Assembly (NCBI RefSeq): GCF_964355755.1
Contig: NC_092675.1
Location: 6,939,812 to 7,003,811 of the forward strand
Direction of reading: 5' to 3'
Origin: Antedon mediterranea
Taxonomy: Eukaryota; Animalia; Echinodermata
Length of the DNA: 64,000 nt
The notes beneath the pieces were generated by a model. The model was not told where the DNA came from. It was given only the letters and a program-made list of their open reading frames with translations, and ran no database searches. Positions 50,801 to 59,200 of the stretch are shown here, piece after piece. A program made the position numbers and the translations under genes. Each line of letters starts with the position of its first letter. The stretch's first letter is position 1.

Positions 50801-52965
50801 ATCTCATATTTGACATTTCCATAGCAACATGTTCAAACAAAATATTACACTTGCCATTCTTTTAAATATAATTTCACTCTTTATAAATATTTTCGATATT
50901 TGATAGCATCAAACAACAAACATTTGGATGAGTTTCAGTGTTATTTTTCACTTTTCCTTGACATATAAATTAACAACATAAATTTCATTAATTCATTTCA
51001 GTACAATGAAGAAGCTGTAAAGGTTTCTGGTTTTTGATGTGAAGTAAATCTCATAATTAACATAATTGGGGGAAAAAAAAAAAATTAAATGCTAAAATTG
51101 TTAATTGTTGTGACACTACTGTACAGCAAATCTTCCCATTAGGCCTAATGATGAACAATTAAAAAGATTAATCATAATAACTGTCATATAAATTATAAAT
51201 AATTTCATTATTTTATGCAATCCTCAAAATTCACAACTAGCAATGGCTGGTAGTGGTGTAGATTGCTAGATGAAAATGCTAACGTTTGCAGATTGTAAAG
51301 TTGGACAAATCTATTACTTTTTTTAGTATTATAGAAAAGGTACTTGAGACTTGTCTGCCAATTTCTGTAAATATGTAAATGCCATTACTATTGAGTATTA
51401 CTGTAATTATTAGATTATTATTATTTTATAAGAAAAAAGAAAGGAACTAAATTTCCTTGCCTGTTAGTTTGGTTGTTCGTTTCTCTATTTAAATTATTTA
51501 AAACATTGTATCATTTAAATGACTTTTTAACAACAATTTAACCACTACAATTATCTTTTTCATATTATACAGTACATGTTTGGTAAACAACTAAATACTA
51601 TTAAAGATGTATTGTCCCCCAAAAATATGACAAATAAAATTTAATAAAATCAGATTTTGAATAGGAAATTTCACAGTTTTAATAAAGTTATTCACTTCTG
51701 TAGAAAAAAAAATCATCAAAAATAAATATTTCACTTATAAAAAGACAAAAGAAATGGTTAATTTCAACCAAAAACCATTGTCTTCCAGACAATTTAGGTA
51801 TATTTTGCTTTAAATTACATTTTTTTGGGGGAAAATGTTTTCTTTTTGATAAAGTTTTTGGTCAAAGTGAATCACTATTATGTAATATTAAAATGGAATA
51901 TTTACCAAAAAAAAATTAAAAAATTATTTTTTTAGGGGGACAATACATCTTTAAATAAAATATGAAATGGTTAAATCAACTCAAAATTATGGCATATAAT
52001 AATGTTCATTTGCATTATTAACATTTAATAAACATTTAAACAAGGAAACAACAGCTTGCTTTTTACACAAGATATGACTTTGTTTATAGAGGGATACTCC
52101 CTGTGATGACTGGTGAGTAATACCTAACAATCAATAATACAGTTTGAAGTAAACTCATTCATATTAGAATAACAATAGAGATATCACACAATGACCATGT
52201 GTATAGAATATTACACAAAAAATGGCAAGACATAGAGTTTTTAATTACTGAATTACTGACTTAATTAAGCCCACCCATATTGAACCTGACATTGTGTCAG
52301 GTAAGAGGGGTGGTGCTCAACGATGAGTAATTTTTTATTTAATACTTTTTTAGCACATTTCTACAATTTCTCTTTTCTTATATATAATATTTCTAATCGT
52401 ACTCACCTCAATACAGTACCTGATAAAAAAACGACAATTCTGCACATTTTTTTTAGTACATTGATTTGCAAGTATCAAGTGCAAAGTTGAAAATTCATAA
52501 TTTGCCATTTTATTTGATTTTTTATTTCAAATTAATATTTATATGTAGGGCCTAGGTCTAATTGATTAAAAAAATATAATATACTAAATAAAGTACAGTA
52601 TTTGAAAACGATCATTTCGGAAGAAAAGCAAAAATTATACATTTTTGAAAGTTGAAAATGGAGCAAATTCTAATCTAAAACACTTTTCTCGGGATTTGGT
52701 TTTATCCTTTTTTTTCTGCACATGATATTAAAATTACTCTACTATTTATTAATATTATTACTTTTCTAGTAGTAGTAGTAGTAATTTGGGTCGCCTACAT
52801 TTTATTTTAATGTACATTACATATAGTTGGAATTACCATTACCAAAAATGTAAACTTACCGGATACTAGGCAATACCCTTGAGAACATAGCACAAAAACA
52901 AATAACGCATTTAACTTTGAAACCACCGGTTTACGTTCCCAAGGCAAAGGACGCCGACTTAGCAT
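5908..52965 (-). CDS. EYS: Eyes shut homolog (EYS/spacemaker)-like giant secreted protein: SP + LDLa + about 100 EGF + 5 LamG interleaved with EGFs; about 45 coding exons, about 15 kb CDS
   Basis: Chain of GT-AG exons, phase-compatible at the junctions checked, from ATG 52965 to TAA 5910-5908. C-terminal order is LamG-EGF2-LamG-EGF2-LamG-EGF-LamG-EGF2-LamG, ending [15 protein letters not shown] with no transmembrane segment. This matches the EYS architecture, not Crumbs, Notch or agrin. Orthology is inferred from architecture only. Confidence 0.8.
6134..6550. mobile_element. MITE (imperfect TIR AGGxxTGTTTCxGCxGC), related to 62649-62896
   Basis: Left aggcctgtttctgctgc and right gcagcagaaacacaccct are inverted; similar ends occur at 62649 and 62896. 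Confidence 0.5.
7070..7340 (-). mobile_element. Highly degenerate non-LTR reverse transcriptase fragment
   Basis: Frame fragments [12 protein letters not shown] and [15 protein letters not shown] resemble the D(F/L)SKAFD..NH.IL and YGI.G..L.W..SYL motifs of CR1/L2 RT. Confidence 0.3.
8142..8236. ncRNA. Inverted pair of degenerate minimal hammerhead-ribozyme motifs (Penelope-like element remnant)
   Basis: Minus: TCTC-CTGAGGA-C-GATCAA-aagata-TTGAAC-AAAAC-GTC-GAGA. Plus: CTC-CTGAAGA-C-GATCAA...GAAA. Same family as 25692-25735. Confidence 0.55.
8547..9041. mobile_element. MITE with about 45-bp TIRs, flanked by TA
   Basis: Left GGGAGGTTTCGCAATCTTATGAATACGAAAACGAATACGTCAC; reverse complement of right end GGGAGGTTTGGCAACCTTACGAATACGATAACGAAAACGGATACGTCAC. 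Confidence 0.8.
9400..9556 (+). promoter_or_regulatory. Probable promoter and non-coding first exon of the nested C1q gene
   Basis: GC-richer patch with a CRE-like AACGTCA, ending in the strong donor AAG|GTAAGT (GT at 9551). Matching acceptor tttctttctcctttcag lies one base before ATG 10843. The TSS is not determined. Confidence 0.5.
10843..11709 (+). CDS. Secreted collagen + globular C1q domain protein (C1q/TNF-related, CTRP/C1QL-like), single coding exon nested antisense in an EYS intron
   Basis: 288 aa: signal peptide, (DP/NP)n spacer, CPIECP, about 23 uninterrupted Gly-X-Y triplets, and a C1q domain (AFTAVR, FD...[37 protein letters not shown]). Confidence 0.93.
   Translation: MNKFLIAFLVPWILLCDGQEKSFSSSVSEIVDPDPDPDPNPNPNPDPDQQVCPIECPTGPAGEPGKNGSPGQPGIAGQHGSPGVQGLDGQSGVPGLTGLPGEPGQKGEAGAPGLHGVPGLMGPPGPPGTGTGVVNPGEGGGGILEEGLSPYQYSAFTAVRTTVLKSSNAAQILTFDAEVTDVGKDFDHRSGLYICDTPGVYHFTFHAMRQSSAEDVYVKLMHNGKLVVSAFNADQDDHSDIASNTAIIVLRFGDRVYLEVPAHNSVYSNSHRPTTFSGFLLIHGRNIN
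12102..12574. mobile_element. Kolobok-like MITE copy 2; right TIR split by an insertion of about 170 bp
   Basis: TTAA|AGATGTATTGTCCCCC at left. Body is colinear with the 51605 copy up to GGGACAATA (about 12403); the terminal ATATCT|TTAA resumes at 12569-12578. Confidence 0.6.
17127..17290. mobile_element. Short MITE family (TIR AAGCTCTGTCTACAC); further copies at about 18948-19065, 24690-24860 and 58915-58995
   Basis: aagctctgtctacac ... gtgatagacagagctt, with an internal atgtgatgtgccc / gggcacatcaca palindrome and repeated atcactac units; four copies in the window. Confidence 0.7.
17948..18238 (-). repeat. About 141-bp tandem duplication covering the 3' half of an EYS LamG exon and its donor site
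   Basis: 18030-18098 copies the 3' part of exon 18279-18171 ([20 protein letters not shown]), including the donor GTTAGT and downstream intron. Confidence 0.85.
19080..19290 (+). mobile_element. DeuSINE-like element with tRNA-like head
   Basis: A/B-box-like GTGTAATGG...GGTTGAGACC, then TGTATCCTTAGACAAGATGCTTTATTCTCATTACCTCGTCCTTCGGATGGGATGTAAAG...CTATTCAAAAG...CTCCCAGTGTGCTGAT, the same body as 35465-36120. Confidence 0.65.
20998..21062 (-). pseudogene. tRNA-derived fragment (pseudo-tRNA or SINE head)
   Basis: CAGTGGTCTAATGGATAGGACAGCTGCATATCAAGCAGAAGGTCCAGGTTTGAATCTCGG: A box, CTGC/GCAG anticodon stem, degenerate B box; no intact acceptor stem. Confidence 0.5.
22147..22303. repeat. About 155-bp imperfect palindrome (hairpin MITE)
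   Basis: acagatat..aaatataagatttgacatcccctcggggaatgatattttgctc / gagcaaaatatcattccctcggggatgtcaaatcttatattt..atatctgt. Confidence 0.8.
25692..25735 (+). ncRNA. Degenerate minimal hammerhead motif (Penelope-like); a second decayed copy lies at about 25518-25557
   Basis: gTGATGA-T-GATCAA-agcata-TTGATC-GAAAC-ATC-GAGAAAC: perfect 6-bp stem II and GAAA, with core C3 mutated to G. Confidence 0.5.
27303..27904 (+). mobile_element. Helentron-type non-autonomous element (HINE)
   Basis: 5' TTTTTACCTCCGCCAAGGAGGT, GT microsatellite, duplicated CCACAGTTTTTATCCGATTCTCACCAAA. 3' sub-TIR GGCGGAGGT plus hairpin GTACTC-TCG-GAGTAC and CTAGTT. Confidence 0.75.
27676..27745 (-). pseudogene. tRNA-Glu(CTC)-like sequence with A/B boxes and a long T-run, inside the HINE
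   Basis: GACAGTGTGGTGTAATGGTTATGTATCCAGCCTCTCACAGTTGAGATCTCTGGTTCAAGTCCCACTGAGG followed by about 20 T. Partial acceptor stem CAGTG/CACTG; loop CTCTCAC. Confidence 0.55.
32205..32480 (-). mobile_element. CR1/L2-group LINE ORF2 C-terminal remnant
   Basis: ORF with HYHNYKLRS...[21 protein letters not shown], the typical H.Y.TR / GP.LWN.L 3' ORF2 motif. Confidence 0.7.
33640..33840 (+). mobile_element. Diverged DeuSINE-like copy
   Basis: gcaagatactttcatcttatcgcctcg..ggataggatgtaaatctgttggtcacatgtac..gcac..taaagaacttg..ctattcagaaag..tctctcggtgt is colinear with the 35465 body. Confidence 0.55.
35465..36208 (-). mobile_element. 5S rRNA-headed DeuSINE (SINE3-like) with a 328-bp tandem duplication of its body
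   Basis: 36208-36092 resembles 5S rRNA (TACGGCCATAC..GTTGAAACACCGGTTCTCGTCAGATCACCGAAGTTAAGCAACGTTGGGCCCGG..GGATGGGAGACCG..GGGTGCTGTA). The body has the Deu-like TCCTTCGGATGGGATGTAAAGCCG..TTAAAGA..GAGTAGGGG..CCCGGTGT. 35465-35792 matches 35793-36120 (identical 60-aa ORFs offset by 328). Confidence 0.8.
36409..41646 (-). CDS. EYS: EYS-like giant internal exon, 5,238 nt, 46 tandem calcium-binding-type EGF repeats
   Basis: Open frame between ttag|41646 and 36409|gtaaaa. 1,746 codons = 44 x 38 + 2 x 37 aa; 46 units counted in the ORF translation. Confidence 0.93.
47355..47495 (-). CDS. EYS-like exon 2: LDL-receptor class A module (phase 1-1, 141 nt)
   Basis: [47 protein letters not shown], with six Cys and the W.CD...DC.DGSDE...C signature. 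Flanked by ttatag| and |gtaata. Missed by the ORF track. Confidence 0.85.
47822..48754. mobile_element. Academ-like (AcademH-type) non-autonomous DNA transposon
   Basis: TAG...CTA termini and an exact 9-bp TSD CCCACAAAC (47813-47821, 48755-48763). Each end carries its own hairpin (GTCTGG-gtt-CCAGAC; AGACTTG-ggg-CAAGTCT). Confidence 0.75.
48795..49115 (+). repeat. About 20-bp AT-rich minisatellite (TTGAAAAAAATGTCACTTTAA)
   Basis: About 15 degenerate copies of aaaaaatgtc(a/c)cttt. Confidence 0.8.
51605..51950. mobile_element. Kolobok-like MITE copy 3 (opposite orientation to 696-1021)
   Basis: TTAA|AGATGTATTGTCCCCC ... GGGGGACAATACATCT|TTAA. Confidence 0.8.
52860..52965 (-). CDS. EYS: EYS-like first coding exon (signal peptide)
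   Basis: [35 protein letters not shown](G) followed by the donor CCG|GTAAGT. 106 nt, phase 1, in frame with the LDLa exon. Confidence 0.7.
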
Positions 52966-53276
52966 GATTGACTTCCGCACGGTTGTTTCACGGCAGCCCA
53001 ACAAAAGCAGCACTAGCCTAGGCTGCAGTTTTCTTTCTACAAATGATGTGCTACTGTATAGATATATGGCATAATCAGCACATTTGAGCCTCCACTATTT
53101 GTAATAGATAAAAGCAAACAATCTAATATGTTAAAAAAATGGAAATGTATACTCTGTGTACTCTTGACGGTTGGATTTACCGCTATGACATTTTCATTTT
53201 CTCGAAATTCAAGAATGTCAGAGTAGTTTTTATAGTTTATCAAAACATTAGTTTGAGGGCGGTATTGCGAGAAACA
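52966..53276. promoter_or_regulatory. Probable bidirectional promoter shared by EYS-like and RANBP3
   Basis: Divergent ATGs at 52965 (-) and 53277 (+). Locally GC/CpG-richer, with an ETS-like ACTTCCG (about 52971) and a GC-box GAGGGCGG (about 53255). Confidence 0.6.
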
Positions 53277-56200
53277 ATGGCGGAGGTTGAAGTCGACAAA
53301 CCCGAAGCAGGTTGGTGGAAATTTCCATGTATAAATGAACAGTATTTCATGTTTTATTTTTAAAATAGTTTTTATCTAATTATCCTATTTTTCTATTTGT
53401 CCTCAGGCATTCAGTCTACGGACGAAGAAGCTTCCTTAGTAGGAAAAAATGGTATGTATTTCCGTAGGCCCATTACCAGGAATCAATTCATTGAATTTGG
53501 CGCATAACGTCAGTGTTTTGTTATGGTTTTGGTGGGTTTTGGTAGTAAACTTTATCGAGTGAGTAGTAGGGGAATCTAGTAGTACAATTGGCCTGCTATT
53601 GCTAAAGATAATATCGTCTAGTGTATTTATTTTTGTTTTTAATTTATAGTAGCAAATAATTATATTATACTATAGTGGTATCACTTTCTTTTTCAGTCAA
53701 TAATGAATATTTATTAAAAATAAAATGAAGTATAATTATTAATATAATAATACTAAATAGGGCCTAGGGGCCTAGGCCTAATATAATAATTAAATTATTT
53801 TTTTCGTCATTGAAGTGCGATAATATAATGCCTACAGTAACCTCTATTATGATCTAAGAAAAACAGCAGTTTTTCTTTAATTTTAATCACAATTACCGCA
53901 CAATTCTTCTACTCCAGGCTATATAGTTCAACTTTTAATTTTCTTTTTCCTGTTTCCCTGATAGATTTGCTAATAAATGAAAATGGGGAATATACAATCG
54001 GTACCATGGACAATCGGTTCTAACCTTATATGAACCCAATTATCTTTGTGTGGGCCCGATAATGTTCTGTTTGTTTATGAAATTATGGAAAGACTGGCTT
54101 AACTCTTTCATAATTTACTTTATAGCCATCTAGTTTTTATTGAGTACAGTTTAGCCAACAGCTTTACTCACCTGAAATTATTTTTTTTTTTTCAATTTTC
54201 TATCAATCCATGTAAACACAGGATAAAAAATATAAAATGCACAGAAAAAAAAAATCTTTTGTATATATGTTTAAAAAAGTACAGTTAAAAATGTGTAAAT
54301 TTAATATTTATTTAAGTATAAAGGACGATACTGTATGATGTGAACAGCTTAGATATAATAAGTTGAGACCCCATGTGACATTACGGTGTGTCGATTGATG
54401 ATACATATTAATTTTACTTACTTTAATTCCACACATTTAAAGTAATTAAATGGAGGCATCCTAGACCAAACAAGATCGAACAAAAAATTTGGGCCTTGTC
54501 TTAGTCTTAGGTCTGATTGAATTTGGCGCATAACGTCAGTGTTTCGTTATGATTCTGGTTGGTTTTGGTAATAAACTTTATCCAGTGATTAGTAGTACAA
54601 TGGGCCTGCTAAAGATAATATAGTCTAGTGTTTTTGTTTTTTTTTTAATTTATAGTAGCAAATCATTTTATTATAGTGCTATCACTTTCTTTTTCAGTTA
54701 ATAATGAATATATATATATACTAAATTTTGATTCCACACATTTATAGTGTTAAATGGAGGCATCCTAGACCAAACATGATCTAACAAAAAATTTGGGCCT
54801 TGTCTTGTCTTAGGTCTGATGTGGTCCGAAATGTCGCACTCATCTAACAACTAATGGATTTATTTTAAACTATTTAGTGCACTCCCATTTTTTCCCTTTG
54901 ACTTAAGTCAATGAAACGAAAATGCCAACACAAATATTTAAGTTTGTATTAATAATCTAATTTTCTTGCAAAAAGTAGAAAGTGAAAACTAAAAGGAATG
55001 TTTCATGCAAATTCTTTTACTTAACGTAGGGTAGAGTTATTTCTTGCATAGATATTTTTAATGATTTGATGCATGTTTTTATTATTTCGGAAATATCATC
55101 CATAATAATAAACTTATAAACAGAAAAAGAAAAATCGTAAACTCTAAACTTAAGTATATAGAATGCTTCTCCATCTGCAATACGTTTTGGAGTTATGGAG
55201 CATAATATGTTGGCAAACACAACCAACAAGGATGTTACCACTATTCAACATACGTTGAATAAAACCATAGGAAAGGAAGGGAAACCATGTGCAATAAACA
55301 TTGCACTGGCACTAATACTTCTAGAGACATTAAGTATACGGCGCAGAGCATTATTGTAGCATACATTAAGGGGTGTCTAGAAAACTCAGATCTAGAAAAC
55401 TCAGATCTCAGATATCTGAGTTTTCTAGATCTAGAAAAGTCAGATATCTGAGTTTTCTAGACACCCTACAATAAGAGATCTAATAGTCTCATACGATAGT
55501 TACACCAAAGGGCTGCACAATACAATCATATTAATAAAGTAAGATCTAAAGAGACAACATTAGAGTACTTTATCTTGTATCCAAATTTGAAAATTCAGAA
55601 AACTATCTATTAAACCATCATATGCCACATTTCAAGTATAAACATGAGTATTTATAATATCCTGGAAGGTTTTCACACATTAAGAGGGTTTTCACTATTT
55701 CCTATTATTACTATTGAATATCAGGTCATATGCACTTTACTCATTTTAATGGTTCAATGATTTTTTTTTCAGGGGTGGAGAAAACCACAGGAGCTAGTGT
55801 GATCGCCCGATCTACTTTTGTTTTTGGCGAAAACATGGAAAGCAGAGTGCAGCTGAAGGTAAGGTTATCTTGCCCGTGTTTACTAGGTTAACAAGTTTTA
55901 ACTTTAGTTGGTGTGATAATATAAATCAGCGTCACTTACAAAAAACCAGACCATTCCAACCCAGGCTTTAGTCTGAAGCAGTCGACAGATTGTCGATGAA
56001 ACGTCACGAAGGTAATTTATTCCTTATCGTTTCTTTGGTTCAACATAAAAGTGAAAATCCACAAAAATATTATTTGGAACCAGATGAATTTATTCAATAA
56101 TATAAATCAGATTTTTTCACAAGCATATAAAAAGTATTGAAATAAGATAGAACATACAAAATAAAGTCTGGTTGCAAAAATTATAGATTTTTAAATATAA

Positions 56201-59200
56201 TAATCACTTTAATATAAATTCCAAGTGACTCACCTATTTAATTTACTGTATCTAAATAATAATAATGTATTGCTCTTACAACATTTATTTTGTCCACTAC
56301 TCTATAACATCTAAAATATATAAAGCAAAAACAAATAAATAAATAATAATAAATTTATTCAGGGGCAAAAATAGCATTATTTGTACAGTACTTCATGAGA
56401 AATAAAAAATTGGCAGACAAACCGATAACTGATATTGCACTTGTGGAATGTACTGTATTGTACAGATGTTTAATTTCACCATGTTTAAACTACTGAAACA
56501 GCACGATTTCCTCTTCATGATTGATGATATAGCACCATCATCTAAGAGTTATAAAACATGCTAGATGGTTGATTAAAAGTGTAACGTACTGATACCGAGT
56601 TCTTTTAAAATCTGTCATACGTGTGCTTTTAAAATGACCTTTTGAATTGCCTTTCCTCCTTTACAAATCTGCTGTTAAAGATTAAACTGCGTTGCATAAT
56701 ATACAACATTTTGCTTTTCCCTGGCTGTTTTCCTGGTTAATCAAAATTAACATAAATGGGTAATTTTAAGTGACATCCATTTTTTGATCACCTGTTTTAC
56801 CTGCAGTATGTAAAAAAGACAATTATTTATGTGCTTCTTATGATGTCATAGGTTTTTTCCATTTAATTGGCATACTTGAAACAGTGCCAATGTTTTTTTT
56901 TCTACTTTTTTTGTAATGCTCACAAGTTTATTGATAAACTGGATTTAACTGGCCAAATCTTCATTGGCCTAAATCAAGGAATTTGATTGGATGTACACAA
57001 ACTGGACTGTTTCATTTATAGAAAGAGGATAGGACATTTGATTTTGCATAATTATTTGTACCCATTATGTTAATTAAAATTATTAATTTAACTGATTATA
57101 TTTGTATTTGCACATTTTTTGTGTCAATTTATATATATTACAAAATAGATGTTGTTGATATTTTGGAGATAAGCAATTGAAATATTTGTCATTGTAGTAT
57201 TATCAAGAAAAGAATTAACAATCATATAATGTGTGCGAAATGTCCTTCGGACACAACAAAGTGTCAACTTATTAAGGGTGTCCCCTGATACAGTGGTTGG
57301 CGGTAATAGTATTAAAATATATATTTCCCCTTATTTATTTCACAGGAAAGTGTCCCCTTAATAGGAATGTCCCTAAATAGGTGTCCCGAAAGAGGTGTTC
57401 TTAGTTTTAAAATCTTTAGTTCCACGAGTGAATTTATGATAAAGAAATCATTCAACAAATAGAATTTCCATAACCATTTAAATTACTAAACATTCACATT
57501 TGATTTCATTTTGTTAGCGTCCAGCTGAAGATCAGCTTGACAGGCAAAAGGCAGAGGAAGAAGGTGAATTACTTTATATACGTACTTGTTTTATTGGTAT
57601 ATAAATGTATATATGACTAATGATTTTCATTTTTGTCACCCATTACGGTGGAGAAAATTTATACAACAATTCAGTTTGCTTGTGTTTAATCCAGTCTCCG
57701 TCACAGATTTTTGCTATGTTTTGTTATGTTTCTGTTTTGATGAAATAAACAAAACGAAAAAAAAAAAGAGTATGTTATTCATTTGTTTATATTGTGAAAT
57801 CTTGGAATGTTTTTTAAACAAAAATGTTCTAGATTACTAAATGAAACCTGTTGCAATGTGTAACAACGTTTAATGTGAAATAGTTTTAATGTCTGAATCT
57901 AAATGAAGATGTTGATCTTTCAAAAATGTATTTGATTATTTCAGATGTAAAACCAGATGACACTCCTGGTGAGTTCCCGAAAGCTTCTCCAAGTGTCCTG
58001 TCACAAAGACCTCTTGTCACTGCAAGTAAGTAAACAAAAATGCTGTTTTATTTTAATGGAAAATCCTATGTTATTACAATAACTTTTATTCCTCAGGCCA
58101 TAAATAATATTTTGAGTGTTTTTTTCCTTCAAAATCACTGTCTGTCGGCAGGTTATATTTTGTTTGTTAATACTTGAATTATTAATACTTAATATTATTT
58201 GTTTTAATAAATGATTTAGAAAGGAAACTACTATAAACATTTATTTTGTTGTTTTGTTTTTCATTTTTAAAGGAAAAGACAACAATATGGATTTCCTACC
58301 TGATAATGGTAGGTGTACAATATAGTATTTTTTCTTACTATGTCAGTATATTATTCTCTTTAATTAGACATTTCTTCCGTAATAGTCTATATTTTACACA
58401 CATTATGTTTTAGAGCTTGTGTCTAGTCTTTGTTTTTTTTTTATTGAAATGAGGTTTTTTAGCTGTTGCCATATTTGCCACACATGAAATGCAAAACCCT
58501 TCCATAAATGTTTAATAATGACGAAATTAAATGCAGTATGGCTATGTATTGTACACTAAAATGGCAATAATAATTTTGACAAAAATAAAACGCAAACATT
58601 TGTATGGTATACACAAAGAGTATCTAACTATCAATTGATGTAAAATTCTACTTTTTTAGCCTATAAAATATAACATGGCTTTTCTAAAGTATCTACCTAT
58701 CAATGCATAACTTTTTTAGCCTATGAAATATATTAAAATTAATTGATTTGTTTGTTGTTTGTTTTTTTCAGAAGATTCAAATTCAAATCCATTTTCAATG
58801 GTGCAGAACAAGTCGTTCATTAAGCCGTCAGCTTTTCCAAGCTCTAGGCCATTCAGTTGTGTTATTGGTATGTTTTATTTTCACAGAAAAAGTATAATGC
58901 GCCCTATGGTGCTGATATTCCCAAATACTGTATGGCAGTGATATGATACATCACATTTTGTGTCATATCAAGTTTGGTAGTGTAAACAGAGCTTTAATTA
59001 ATAATTGTATTTGTTTATAAATGATCTAGTCAAGCGTAATATGAAATTTTACTTATAACACTTAGACCCCATTTACACTTACGTTTGGGTCCAGGGCCGG
59101 TCCTGGGCCGGTTGCAAATATTTACCTTTTAGGCCGGCCCCAGAGCGTTTACACTAGCGACGCAGATTACTACTGGTCGTAAATAATTTTATCGGAAGTA

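Noticed and set aside
49200-51600. Hidden gene in EYS intron 1
   Set aside because: Only short low-complexity ORFs; no consistent exon chain or recognisable motif.
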